From Candidatus Thorarchaeota archaeon (lineage in GTDB: Archaea > Asgardarchaeota > Thorarchaeia > Thorarchaeales > Thorarchaeaceae): a stretch of DNA of 64,000 bases. The stretch covers positions 96,001 through 160,000 of the forward strand of contig DXJO01000006.1 in assembly GCA_019057475.1 (NCBI GenBank), given 5' to 3'. This document shows positions 49,094 through 59,190 of this stretch, piece by piece. Positions within the stretch are counted from its first letter, which is position 1, and each line of letters opens with the position of its first letter. The notes under the pieces were generated by a model. That model ran no database searches. It was not told where the DNA came from and was given only the letters and a program-made list of their open reading frames with translations. The position numbers and the translations under genes were made by a program.

Positions 49094-50035
49094 CTATTTG
49101 CGCCCTCCCTTTTTCTTAGCTAACGATTTCTTGCTGCGTTTTTTCTTGGATGTTTTGCGCTTTCGAGACTTTGGACGTGAACCTTTCGCGGTTACAAGCA
49201 AGTACTCTGTGAGTGGAGCTTGCACGCTAGGTGTTGGTTCCTTCGCCTTATGGATTTCCTCCTTATCCGCTGAATCTTCAATTAGCTTGCCATTGAGTGT
49301 GACTTGTTCCGTTGATTCTATAGGAATGATTCTGGAAGCATCCGTAATTTCTAGCTCAAGAATTAGATTGTCATATGTTTCCAAAATTTCTACAGCTGCT
49401 GGATCAGCTTCATCTATAGAGCTGGCAGCAATCGTTTTCTCACGGAGTAATCTGCGTCCATACACTGTTCTAGATAGCGCCTTGAGGTCCAGTTTCCCAT
49501 CCTTAGTCTTGGGTCTAGCCATCTTGAATTCCTTGAGATGTGCTTCATGCAAAGAGGCCAGGAGGAATCCCATGCCATCTCTCTCGAGCGCAGATGGTGT
49601 CAGGTTGCCGAGGTCACCCTTCTCTATTAGCTCCATTGCAAGAGTTGAGCACTCAGCTCGGGCCAATCTCCTTCCGTCTTTCCAGCTTTCTCCTTTGCAG
49701 ACCAGCACTAGAACTTCGCTTGCGGGAATGTTTAGCGCCAAACTTAATGAGAGCATTTCAAGGGATCCAAAAATAGCATCTCTAAGCAGAATTAGTGTTT
49801 CTTGAAGATCCTGATCCGGATTCTCTTTTTCCCACTGTGTTTCAATTATTGCGTAAAGCCTATGCCATGGATAAGCCCTCTTGTCCTTCCAGTAACCCTT
49901 GAGCAATTCAGAAATCGCTTCAATATCGCCACGGCTGCTCAAGTCAGCTATCTTGTGGACAAAGACGAGTTTGCTTGATTTGGGCGATCTGCCCTTCTTG
50001 CTCAGAGCATTCATCCTCCGTGGACAAGATGACAC
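49094..50035 (-). CDS. Hypothetical protein with Lys/Arg-rich tail
   Basis: 313-aa ORF ending 20 nt before the HEAT gene. Confidence 0.55.
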   Translation of the reverse strand: MSSCPRRMNALSKKGRSPKSSKLVFVHKIADLSSRGDIEAISELLKGYWKDKRAYPWHRLYAIIETQWEKENPDQDLQETLILLRDAIFGSLEMLSLSLALNIPASEVLVLVCKGESWKDGRRLARAECSTLAMELIEKGDLGNLTPSALERDGMGFLLASLHEAHLKEFKMARPKTKDGKLDLKALSRTVYGRRLLREKTIAASSIDEADPAAVEILETYDNLILELEITDASRIIPIESTEQVTLNGKLIEDSADKEEIHKAKEPTPSVQAPLTEYLLVTAKGSRPKSRKRKTSKKKRSKKSLAKKKGGRK

Positions 50036-50122
50036 ATAACGGTAGTGCCTTATTTCACTTTATTGTGACTGTGTCAGTCAATATTGAGGGTAGTATGACT
50101 AGCATTTGAATGAGATGCATAA

Positions 50123-50875
50123 TTAAAAAAGGAGCGAAAGACACGTCAGTGCTCCTTCGCACTTCTCAAACTCGCTCATATCTAGGGTGATGACATCAAA
50201 ACCTGCCTCTCGAACCATAAGAGCAGATTTAGGATAGCCGTTCGTCATTAGAATAGCACCCCCAACTGCCAACGTGTTTGCGGCATAGGCTTCCTTTTCT
50301 GCCACTACTAGTTTCTCGAATTGCACCAGCACTGGATGGTCTACGTATCGTCCTGTACAAATGACAATGCCTTTGCCCAAGTATGTGACATGACTTTTGA
50401 GATGAACAATCTCGGTATCAATAATTGTCTTGACAGGAACTTGGAGCCACTCGCCGACCTGTTCAGCGCCTTCTGCAGTCGTCCTCTGTGTTACTCCAAT
50501 GAGCAACTTATCTGGCAGATGGATGACGTCGCCGCCTTCAATCGTTGCTGGGGGTTGACAGTTCCTCACGTTGAGATGTTTCTCAAACATTTTTCTGACG
50601 GGTGCTTCCTCTCCTCGGCGGGAGCTTGTTCCCATTCGTGCAATAAATGCCCGGTTCCGATGGATGATGGCTATGTCCTCAACGAAACATGAGTCGGGAA
50701 AAGTATCATCTGGAGCAAGTCGTATCAACTCCAGTCCGAGTTCCTTGAGTGTATCGCAGTAAACCTTGTGCTGATCCAGTACTCTGGCTAGGTCAATGGT
50801 GCTTTTCAGCGGATGTGACGAGATACATCTCTGATAGCTATGGCTTGGTGACCTTACAATAGCACGCTTTGCCAT
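50123..50875 (-). CDS. Dimethylarginine dimethylaminohydrolase (DDAH)-family protein
   Basis: FPDSCFVED, SRRGEE, EGGD, HLKS, GALTCLS. Confidence 0.88.
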   Translation of the reverse strand: MAKRAIVRSPSHSYQRCISSHPLKSTIDLARVLDQHKVYCDTLKELGLELIRLAPDDTFPDSCFVEDIAIIHRNRAFIARMGTSSRRGEEAPVRKMFEKHLNVRNCQPPATIEGGDVIHLPDKLLIGVTQRTTAEGAEQVGEWLQVPVKTIIDTEIVHLKSHVTYLGKGIVICTGRYVDHPVLVQFEKLVVAEKEAYAANTLAVGGAILMTNGYPKSALMVREAGFDVITLDMSEFEKCEGALTCLSLLF

Positions 50876-51022
50876 GGCAGCCTTGTCATGACTGCGAACC
50901 CTTTTGATTCCATCGAACCGAGGACATTGCAGCTTGAAATAGTAGGCTAAGGCACCTACCTCAACCTTATTTTGCAGTCACACAAATGGAATACCCAAGC
51001 AAGAAGGAGCCCCGATTCCGAA

Positions 51023-51313
51023 ATGATGATACAAGTCAATTACTTCGGTTTTCTCAGGTCAAAGCTCTCCAAGAGCTCTGAGGCAATTTGTCTATCAGAC
51101 GGTGCGAAGCTTAGAGACTTATTGCTCTCTCTTGCAGACAGATACGGTGACAATGTTGAAACATACGTATTTGATCGCGTGTCATCAGACGTCAAGGGTG
51201 ACATTGTGGTCAACGTCAATGATATGCCCCACCGACGAATTCAGGGTCTCGAAACGCAGCTCAATGAGGGTGACCGAGTGGACTTGATGCCAATGTTTGC
51301 CGGTGGCGGATAG
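51023..51313 (+). CDS. MoaD/ThiS/SAMP ubiquitin-like protein
   Basis: VNYFG, LNEGDRVDLMPMFAGGG with C-terminal GG. Confidence 0.88.
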   Translation: MMIQVNYFGFLRSKLSKSSEAICLSDGAKLRDLLLSLADRYGDNVETYVFDRVSSDVKGDIVVNVNDMPHRRIQGLETQLNEGDRVDLMPMFAGGG

Positions 51314-51354
51314 ACTATCTTGTTCGAACAGCATTTTGCTGATCTGCTTAATAC

Positions 51355-51972
51355 TCAAATGAAAAGCCGTGAGATTCTCTTCCAGATTGTTTCTCCCATC
51401 TGTCTGTATCCCCGAATGCTAAGATGCAGACCATCACCGCTGTCGAATGTTGGCCGAAGAAGGTTATCAGAATCCGCCAGCACTGAGAATAGGTCGACAA
51501 CGATAAGTCCCTCGATGTCCTTCGGAGCCCTCAGTATCAGACTATTCAATTCTTCCTGTTTCACTTGTATATCTGGGAAGGCTGAACCGATGGGTGGAAC
51601 CGTGCAGGCTACAACTCTAGCTCCGCTATCGCTCGCCAAGCTCCAGAGGTTTGTTAGTGTTTTGAAGATTGCATGAACCGGATAGCCCCAGCCAATATCG
51701 TTCGATCCCCCAAGGATGATTACTGCACCGTATCGCTTCTGTTGAAGCAAGCGTTCCAATCGACCATGCATAAGCTGAGCTAGCTCCCCAGGAACGCCCT
51801 GATTCACAAATGAAACGGAATAGTGTCCTTCGCTCTTGCTTGATTTCAATAGCCAGAACCCGTATTGAGAACTCTCATCTCCTCCGTAACTAGGGTCGTA
51901 ACCCGGAGTGCCTGCGGTCAGACTGTCGCCAAAGCCAAGCATCGTAATAGCTGTTTCTTCATCCGGATTCAA
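51355..51972 (-). CDS. SGNH/GDSL hydrolase
   Basis: FGDSLT, GSND, DGLH. Confidence 0.9.
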   Translation of the reverse strand: MNPDEETAITMLGFGDSLTAGTPGYDPSYGGDESSQYGFWLLKSSKSEGHYSVSFVNQGVPGELAQLMHGRLERLLQQKRYGAVIILGGSNDIGWGYPVHAIFKTLTNLWSLASDSGARVVACTVPPIGSAFPDIQVKQEELNSLILRAPKDIEGLIVVDLFSVLADSDNLLRPTFDSGDGLHLSIRGYRQMGETIWKRISRLFI

Positions 51973-52465
51973 GAGCCTTGATCTCCTTGTCGATCTTCGT
52001 TTTCTTGCGAAGCAGCTCGTGTCCTTCCTTTACAAGACTGGTCAGTTGTTTCTTGTATTCCTTCTCGCCGACGAGTCCGCGCTCATGCTTCTTCTCAAGT
52101 CTATCACGTCTATTTCGGACACTGTTCCACATCAATTCGAAGGACTTGGCTCTGATCCGGAGTCTGACTAGCTTTTTTGGGCCTTTTGATTTGTCGCGTC
52201 GCCTTGGCAAGGGTCTCTTTGTCTTACCAATGATAGTTCTAGCTTCTCTGAGTTCTAGCTTGGAAGGGCTAATCAATTGTCGTGGCGGTCCTGGAGCAAC
52301 TATTGCCATTTTGGGCTTTGCGGATTTCGCCGGTACCGTTGTAGTTTTCTTCACCTTTTTCGTTTTCGCCCCCTCTGAAATGCTGCTCTTTTCTTCTTCT
52401 GCCAGCTTGGCCAGGTCCTTCTTGTACTTCTCAAGGCGCTTCTGGGGGGTTGATTCCTTACTCAA
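51959..52465 (-). CDS. Hypothetical highly basic protein
   Basis: K/R-rich 168 aa; overlaps the start of the SGNH gene. Confidence 0.5.
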   Translation of the reverse strand: MSKESTPQKRLEKYKKDLAKLAEEEKSSISEGAKTKKVKKTTTVPAKSAKPKMAIVAPGPPRQLISPSKLELREARTIIGKTKRPLPRRRDKSKGPKKLVRLRIRAKSFELMWNSVRNRRDRLEKKHERGLVGEKEYKKQLTSLVKEGHELLRKKTKIDKEIKALESG

Positions 52466-52552
52466 CTAGACACCACTCATTGATTCAACTCGGTCCCAAC
52501 ACCAGAGTTCATATGTTTCGTATTAAACATTCTTCGAATGAAGGAGTGCTGT

Positions 52553-53752
52553 CTAGAAGAATGACGGCTCTGTTTCGAATGCGCCCTTCGGCGTCTTCAT
52601 CTTCATCGTCTTTTTGGCAGAGAGTAGCTCTACTATCTTGTATTCTTTCGATCCCATACCAAGCTTCTCGGCATAGTCGAGGACTAGATATGGATTCTTC
52701 ATAGGACCAAAAAGACGGGCAAATGGATGAAGATCAACCTCTGGGTCCAAGTTAGTCTTGATGAATGGAGGAATCATGCTCTCTATGAGACCCTCTTTGG
52801 CAACAAGATCAAGGCTAGCCGCCTCGATTGCCACGATATCCCTACTACCCAGCACTCCTATGTCGTTTACTACATGTGGCTGAGCGATACCCCAACAGTC
52901 GCAAAGAGCGGTGATGTCTATGAGGAAATTGATGAAGAAAACCTTGTTCTCATCGAATGTATCCAAGACCGCCTTTGCACCAATCGCCATTAGTTCCTGA
53001 AACGCGGAGAAATACTCCGGTCTAATCTTCATGCACCCGATGTCTTTGTCAGCCTCAATGCATTCCATACACTGATTGCACATGTCAAAAGCGAATGTAA
53101 GCTTGTGTTTCTCCTCGTTGTATTTCAGGCACTTCTTAGGACAGGACTTAACCAATTTCTTGGCGTGTTCTGGTGTGCACTTCTCAGCGTTCCAATATTC
53201 GAATGATTCATGAATAGCGTGGAACTTATGCCATCTTGAAGGGCCATGAAAGCCGCCCAGAGCGATATTCTTGATGGCACCCCCGTAGCCACAACTGTTG
53301 TGGCCCTTTACATGCGTTAGGTCAATTAATACATCTGCATCGTGAAGGCTACCCACAAGCTCAAGGCTATCCACATTCTTGTATTTTATTTTCATCTTGT
53401 ATGTGTAGCCGTCCTTTACACCCGCTGTGGGAAGAATCGGACATCCACAGGTTTCAGAAGTATAGCCACGGTTCACTGCGTTGTAGACAGCAGTGGGGTT
53501 ATCAGTCACATATGGATATCCTCCTGCATCCTTGACAGCCTTCACGATTCGACGCACGAAGAAAACTGGGATAGTCTGATATCCATCATTGAATCCGAGG
53601 TGCATCTTTACTGCAACCTTGTCTTTCTTTTCGATTGTGGAGAAGTCGAGTTTCTTCACGACCTCGTCGACTTTCTGTGAGAATGAAGCGAATCTACCGG
53701 GGTTTCCGTGTTGAATTGACCCGTAATAGACTATAGATGGCTTGGAACTCAT
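52553..53752 (-). CDS. DUF362 Fe-S domain protein
   Basis: VAVKMHLG, THVKGH..GGAIKN, CNQCMEC, CDC, SRDIVAIE. Confidence 0.8.
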   Translation of the reverse strand: MSSKPSIVYYGSIQHGNPGRFASFSQKVDEVVKKLDFSTIEKKDKVAVKMHLGFNDGYQTIPVFFVRRIVKAVKDAGGYPYVTDNPTAVYNAVNRGYTSETCGCPILPTAGVKDGYTYKMKIKYKNVDSLELVGSLHDADVLIDLTHVKGHNSCGYGGAIKNIALGGFHGPSRWHKFHAIHESFEYWNAEKCTPEHAKKLVKSCPKKCLKYNEEKHKLTFAFDMCNQCMECIEADKDIGCMKIRPEYFSAFQELMAIGAKAVLDTFDENKVFFINFLIDITALCDCWGIAQPHVVNDIGVLGSRDIVAIEAASLDLVAKEGLIESMIPPFIKTNLDPEVDLHPFARLFGPMKNPYLVLDYAEKLGMGSKEYKIVELLSAKKTMKMKTPKGAFETEPSFF

Positions 53753-53870
53753 AGTGTTGCAGTTCAGTACCTCTACTAAAAATGGTTCCGTGTGAGGCAA
53801 ATACGCTCCGAATGAAATATGAGTGACTCAGCATTATGAATAGAGAGCCATTTCTGGGAGGTTCGTTGAA

Positions 53871-55052
53871 TTGCCTGGTGAAATTAGGATTAACACGGAA
53901 GAATCTGGTGAGAGTACTTCCACGCTAGTCTTCGGGGCCGCGTCATTTCTCAATGATATGGGGTCAGACCTGATTGCACCGATTTGGCCTACATACTTAA
54001 GAAATCATCTTTTTCTCAGTTTCTTTCAGCTGGGACTAATCGATGGTTTGGCGATAACCATTACAGCGCTATCTAAAATCGGAGCTGGATACGCCTCTGA
54101 TAGGATTGGAAGAAGAAAGCCATTCATTACGCTTGGTTATTTCATGTCAATGGTTGGGCGCCTCGGATTCATCATTGCAATTGGCTTCTATCATATTCTC
54201 TTTTGGAAGTCAATGGACCGCCTTGGTAAGATGCGCAGTGCGCCACGCGATGCGATTGTTGCCGCAGTGACAACCGAGGAAAAAAGAGGGAGGGCGTTTG
54301 GTTTGCTACGGGCACTTGACTCCGCAGGAGCTGTTGTTGGCGCAGTTATCTCTTACTTGCTGTTCACATCCATAGGTTACTTCGGCATATTCCTGCTGGC
54401 GGCCATTCCTGGTGCAGGATCGGTCATCATTATCGCAGCTCTCGTAAAAGAAAAGAGAGGCAAGGATGTGTTCAAGGGTGTCAATTTCAGAGGGCTGGAT
54501 AGAAATCTCAATCTCTTTTTCTTATCTTCTGCATTATTCGCGTTAGCCACATTCAGCTACTCATTTCTCATGTTATTTTCAAGCGGATTTGGCTATGCCG
54601 ATGGGCAGTTACCTTTGCTCTACATTCTGTTTACGGTTGTATATGCTACAGCTGCATACCCCTTTGGACGAGCTTCCGATCGGATAGGAAGAAAACCGAT
54701 TCTCATTGTAGCTTTTGCTCTGCTGATTCTCACTGCCGCGTGGGCGTTCCTGGTTCGTGATTGGGTTACAGTGATTCCTCTATTCATTTTATTTGGACTT
54801 TCGACTGCTGCACTTGATCCAGTGCAGACCACATTGGTAGTCGACCTTGTGGAAGAAGAAAGTAGAGCAAGCATTCTCGGAGCTTTTCAAATGGTGATTG
54901 GTCTGTGTGCTCTGCCAGCTGGAATGATTATGGGCTATCTCTGGGAAACGATTGGAGCACTCATGGTCTTTCAGTACTCAATGGCTCTCGCTGGAGCGGC
55001 GACTATGATTCTTCTAACGATACGTGTGAAGGACTTCAATGTGGTTGCTTAA
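53871..55052 (+). CDS. MFS transporter
   Basis: GYASDRIGRRKP, DRLGK..PRDA, RGRAFG, about 12 TM helices. Confidence 0.9.
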   Translation: MPGEIRINTEESGESTSTLVFGAASFLNDMGSDLIAPIWPTYLRNHLFLSFFQLGLIDGLAITITALSKIGAGYASDRIGRRKPFITLGYFMSMVGRLGFIIAIGFYHILFWKSMDRLGKMRSAPRDAIVAAVTTEEKRGRAFGLLRALDSAGAVVGAVISYLLFTSIGYFGIFLLAAIPGAGSVIIIAALVKEKRGKDVFKGVNFRGLDRNLNLFFLSSALFALATFSYSFLMLFSSGFGYADGQLPLLYILFTVVYATAAYPFGRASDRIGRKPILIVAFALLILTAAWAFLVRDWVTVIPLFILFGLSTAALDPVQTTLVVDLVEEESRASILGAFQMVIGLCALPAGMIMGYLWETIGALMVFQYSMALAGAATMILLTIRVKDFNVVA

Positions 55053-55054
55053 AC

Positions 55055-55588
55055 CTACATTGTCCCGACTCCAAGGAATTTCCGCAACATCATGCCAAGA
55101 CTCATGCTCGTAAACATATACCAGTAAATGAAGTAAAGGCCGAAGCCACCTTGGACATTCGTTCCCATGAAGCCTTCAAGAAACGTGATGTGAAATGGAA
55201 GTATGGCGGCTGGTGTAGCTCCAAAGAGAGTACTGAGAACACCGAAGACCGCAAATATTGGAATCAAGGTTATGCACATCGGCTTCATTTTAGAACTCAT
55301 CATGCTACCTTGAAGTTTCATGATCCGCCCTTGGTCTGCCATGACTTCCTCAAGAAGCTCTTGATTCATTGTATTTCTTGCTTCGTTGAATCTCGTCTGC
55401 CACGCCTTTATCTCTTCCATGTCTGCGTTTGCTTGCTCTACATCAGTAAATTTCTTGGTAGCCCATGTTGTGAATAGTGCCACTAGTACACTGACGATAG
55501 CAACAAACGGTGCAGATAGCGGCATTGACCCTACGGGTGTGAGCAGTGCCGCAATAGACTGGAGGAAATTGGCCAAGATGTCTTGCAT
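55055..55588 (-). CDS. EMC3/TMCO1 (DUF106, Oxa1 superfamily) insertase-like protein
   Basis: TM helix, coiled coil, KPMCITLIP, YWYMFTS..LRKFLG. Confidence 0.8.
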   Translation of the reverse strand: MQDILANFLQSIAALLTPVGSMPLSAPFVAIVSVLVALFTTWATKKFTDVEQANADMEEIKAWQTRFNEARNTMNQELLEEVMADQGRIMKLQGSMMSSKMKPMCITLIPIFAVFGVLSTLFGATPAAILPFHITFLEGFMGTNVQGGFGLYFIYWYMFTSMSLGMMLRKFLGVGTM

Positions 55589-55739
55589 TTCTTCACTTCC
55601 AAGAATATGAACTTCGCACCTGCTTGCATTTTAAGCATTATCCTCTGTGGACCACTTGATGCGGTCATCCCGTTAAGAGTTGAAATGCATCCGAAAGCTT
55701 GTCCTAACCGCTAGGTTGAGATTTGCAGGTCACCACACC

Positions 55740-56993
55740 TTATGCATCGTTTCTGGAAATTATCTCATCTAGTCGAATATGGATGTCATCAAGCACTTGG
55801 CAAGAACCCGTGTCTAGAAACTCCTCTACAGTATTCAGTAATTGAGAATCGACCATCAGTTGCTCAGCCAGCGTCCCTTCTTCTCTCATCTTGCTAAGGT
55901 CGTCAATACCCTTCTCAATTCTAAGAGCCAGTTCGCGATATGGTGTTGACTTGGTCCAACTCATTCCAAGGAGATACGTTTGACGAAAGATAATGTCAAG
56001 CAGAGTTCCAAGGACCCTGTTATTCGCCTCAGGTTCATTTGTCAGCCTGTGTCGAATCGTCCTGTCACTGATTCCCACATCCCTGCAAATCTCGTAACCC
56101 CGGAGCATTATATTGACCGGGAGCTCCTTGTAGTCAGCATGCCCGTACGGGTGGTTCTTTCTGAATATACGTTCCAGTAGTTCCAACTTCTCAGGAAATC
56201 TCTTTTTGACCACATTCAGAAAATGCACTTTTTGACGACCAGGTTTGAGCGTCATGCCGCCCCAAAGAATGAACTGAGCACCAGCATGTTTTGCCTCCTT
56301 TGCGAGACCTCTCATGTTTTCATAGGTATCCCCAATACCTGGAATGATCGGGGTTGCCATAACTCCGCCGAAGAAACCTTCTTTTCTGATTCTTTTCAGT
56401 GCCTTGTATCTCATTGAAGTAGTCGAGGCTCTTGGTTCGAAGATTCTCTGAACCTTATCATCTACGAGTGTAATCGTGAACAGTACATCAGCAAAGGCGA
56501 CCTCATGAATCCTCTTGAGCAAGTCAAGGTCTCTAAGGACAAGGTCTGACTTCGTCAATACGAAAACAGGCATCTCGAAATCAAGCAGCGTTTCGAGAAC
56601 TTGGCGAGTTATCTCATGTTCCTTTTCCGCTGGTTGATAGCCGTCAGAAACACCCCCGCAGACTCCTATTACCTGCTTCCGTGGGGACTTCATGGCCAGT
56701 CTCTTTGCATCCTCTTCATCCAAAAAGGACCAGAGGGTTTCCGTTTCGAGTTCGCTCCCCGAAGTGAATCCGTCCTTCTTGAGTTCTCTTCGAAGGATCT
56801 GAGCAGCATTCTCCTTGATCCTTATGTGCGTGAGAAAGTTGTCCACATGGTAGTTCTCTGACATGCCATCACAGTAGACGAATCCATGCTCACACCCGCG
56901 GTAGGCGTTCATTGACCGATTGATGTGAAACCATCCATCAGCTGTGATGGGTTTTGAGAGGAGGGACTTGGCTTTGATTCGCTCATACCTCAT
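55740..56993 (-). CDS. Radical SAM protein, Rv2578c/SplB-like, with a variant cluster motif
   Basis: NAYRGCEHGFVYC, DGYQPAE, LTKSDLVLRD, FEP. Confidence 0.78.
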   Translation of the reverse strand: MRYERIKAKSLLSKPITADGWFHINRSMNAYRGCEHGFVYCDGMSENYHVDNFLTHIRIKENAAQILRRELKKDGFTSGSELETETLWSFLDEEDAKRLAMKSPRKQVIGVCGGVSDGYQPAEKEHEITRQVLETLLDFEMPVFVLTKSDLVLRDLDLLKRIHEVAFADVLFTITLVDDKVQRIFEPRASTTSMRYKALKRIRKEGFFGGVMATPIIPGIGDTYENMRGLAKEAKHAGAQFILWGGMTLKPGRQKVHFLNVVKKRFPEKLELLERIFRKNHPYGHADYKELPVNIMLRGYEICRDVGISDRTIRHRLTNEPEANNRVLGTLLDIIFRQTYLLGMSWTKSTPYRELALRIEKGIDDLSKMREEGTLAEQLMVDSQLLNTVEEFLDTGSCQVLDDIHIRLDEIISRNDA

Positions 56994-57155
56994 TGAGAGA
57001 ACGCTCGTTGATTATTTATGAATGGGACATATTGGGCCGCCAGCCATATGATTCTGTTGGAACAAAATTTCTTCAGGAAGTTATGATTACTTGTCAGGTT
57101 AATTCCTAGGTGGTTCAATGTGTACCAATTAGCGGCAGTCATGCATCATGCAGTA

Positions 57156-57599
57156 TTACTGTGAAAATAGGTCCAAGACAATCCTTACAGCCGTGGCCAC
57201 GAACTCAGAACACTGATCACTGAATACTCCTCTTTCACGGGCCGCTTTCCTAGCTTCTGGGTCTTTCATATCAACGCCAATGAGTTCGTAGCATTGAGTT
57301 GTTTTGAATTTCTCCTTGAGCCGTTCAATCAGTATGCTTGAAATCTTGTACGTGCGCTCCTTGCTCTGTACAACATCTTTGCTACGCAATCCATTCAAGA
57401 CTCCGATTGCCATGATTGCACCAGAAACAGCGCCGCAGGTCTTTCCTTCTCCCGCTATCCCGCCTCCAAATCCGGAGCTCGATGACATTGCTTCATCAAA
57501 GAAGACGCCTTTCTCTTCAAGAACGGCTTTCAAGACAGATTGTGCACAGTTGTACCCTGAAGCGAGATACTCGCGGGAGTTCATTCCTGCATCAGTCAT
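57156..57599 (-). CDS. C_GCAxxG_C_C family redox protein
   Basis: NCAQ, FGGG, CGAVSG, QC..L, C..FV. Confidence 0.85.
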   Translation of the reverse strand: MTDAGMNSREYLASGYNCAQSVLKAVLEEKGVFFDEAMSSSSGFGGGIAGEGKTCGAVSGAIMAIGVLNGLRSKDVVQSKERTYKISSILIERLKEKFKTTQCYELIGVDMKDPEARKAARERGVFSDQCSEFVATAVRIVLDLFSQ

Positions 57600-57759
57600 T
57601 CTGAGAACCTCTTGGAACGTGATTGATTATGAGCGTGCCTGACCTGCACAGAGTAAATAGATTATGGAATAACTCCTTCAGTGGATTCTCCTTGATTCTC
57701 CGTCATCGACATCATCTTAAGACTGGCACGTTCGTAGCGAGGCACTGGAGATCCAGCCA

Positions 57760-59013
57760 ATGCCAGATGGTCACAAGGCAGAGTCATCAAATGAAGGTCA
57801 TGGACGCACAATGTCATCATCCGGTTTTATGGGGCTCAATCGCAATCTTTGGAAGCTCGCAGCGGTCATGGGCGTAGTTCAATTTTCAGTTGCGCTTTGG
57901 AAGTGGGAATTCAGTATCTTCCTCAGGACAATGGTCGATCCATGGCAGATGGGTCTGATCTTCTCTTTTGGCACACTTGCCAGTCTTGTGGCAGGCTTCG
58001 TATCGGGAACAGTTGCTGACCTCATTGGCAGAAAACGGTCTATGGCATTTGGCCTCATTCCAGTCGCTGTTGGCCTATTGGCTATGTCATACCTCTCCTT
58101 CTGGCCATTCATCATCTTGCAGTTCGGTCTTGTCTGGTACGGTTTGAGCACCATCAGAGTTATTTCTCAAGCTATGCCGGCAGACGAGATTGCAAAGGAT
58201 GAGGGAAGGAATCCCGCGCGGAGATTCATGATGGTTTTGATGCCATTATGGTTTATGGATGGGTTGGGTCCTCTAATAGGAGCGTCTCTCCTCAATTCAG
58301 GATTCACTTCTTCAGATCTTCATCGCTTCGCAGCTGTCGGAGCTATTGCTGCTTTTTTCGTGGTGCTCCTTGTTGTAGAAGAATCACTGGACGCGGATAT
58401 CATGGAGAAGGCGAGAGCTGGAGCGATAATCTCATTTCGACAGCTTGGAGGGGGCTTTTGGAAGCTTGTTGTGGGGATGGTCGGTTTCTACTTCTTCTTC
58501 GCCTCTGCAATCTCGTATTTGGGAAACCTTAGTGTTGAAGAATGGGGGGTTAGCACGGTCACGTACGGTTATGCATGGAGCGCATTTTCATTCACTAGTT
58601 TCGTGCTCATATACGTAGTCAGCGGTCTAGCGGATAGGAATCTAAAAGGAGCTCTTCTACTCTCAATGGTTGGAAATGGCTTAGTCTATATAGCGTTTGG
58701 TTTCTGGAGCGGCGCCTCGGGGCTGTACCTCCTGAATATCCTTTGGGCTGTACCCTTCATTGTCTGGCTTGGCACCGAGAGGAGCCTGATAACAGCAAAC
58801 GTTCCAGAAGAGGCCAAAGGGCGAGCATTAGGTACATATCATTTCCTGATGAGCTCAACAGCAATGGTTTCCGCTCTCTTTGGAGCATTACTCTGGGAAG
58901 TTACAGGCAGTCTAAGAACGGTGTGGATTATCGCGGGCGTTGGAATGCTTTGTACAGTTCTGTTATTGGTTCCCATACTTCGCTCGGTTGAAACTGGAAA
59001 TCCCCAGAATTGA
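57760..59013 (+). CDS. MFS transporter
   Basis: GTVADLIGRKR, KGRALG, about 12 TM helices. Confidence 0.85.
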   Translation: MPDGHKAESSNEGHGRTMSSSGFMGLNRNLWKLAAVMGVVQFSVALWKWEFSIFLRTMVDPWQMGLIFSFGTLASLVAGFVSGTVADLIGRKRSMAFGLIPVAVGLLAMSYLSFWPFIILQFGLVWYGLSTIRVISQAMPADEIAKDEGRNPARRFMMVLMPLWFMDGLGPLIGASLLNSGFTSSDLHRFAAVGAIAAFFVVLLVVEESLDADIMEKARAGAIISFRQLGGGFWKLVVGMVGFYFFFASAISYLGNLSVEEWGVSTVTYGYAWSAFSFTSFVLIYVVSGLADRNLKGALLLSMVGNGLVYIAFGFWSGASGLYLLNILWAVPFIVWLGTERSLITANVPEEAKGRALGTYHFLMSSTAMVSALFGALLWEVTGSLRTVWIIAGVGMLCTVLLLVPILRSVETGNPQN

Positions 59014-59190
59014 CTAGGTCCGCAGCTTTCTCTTCAGAGATATATACAAACTTACATTCCTCCTCTCCAGCTATACATGATTTTAGGAGTTGAATTTGGA
59101 CTGGTTTCTGGCATAATGTTATTCACCGTTTCTAGTACTGTCGTTCATCAAAACATTTAATAAAACTGGTTGTGAAAGATTTAGTGTGGG

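Noticed and set aside
49098-52469. Long plus-strand ORFs 49098-49805 and 51978-52469
   Set aside because: Antisense shadows (S/F/L-rich) of K/E-rich minus-strand genes
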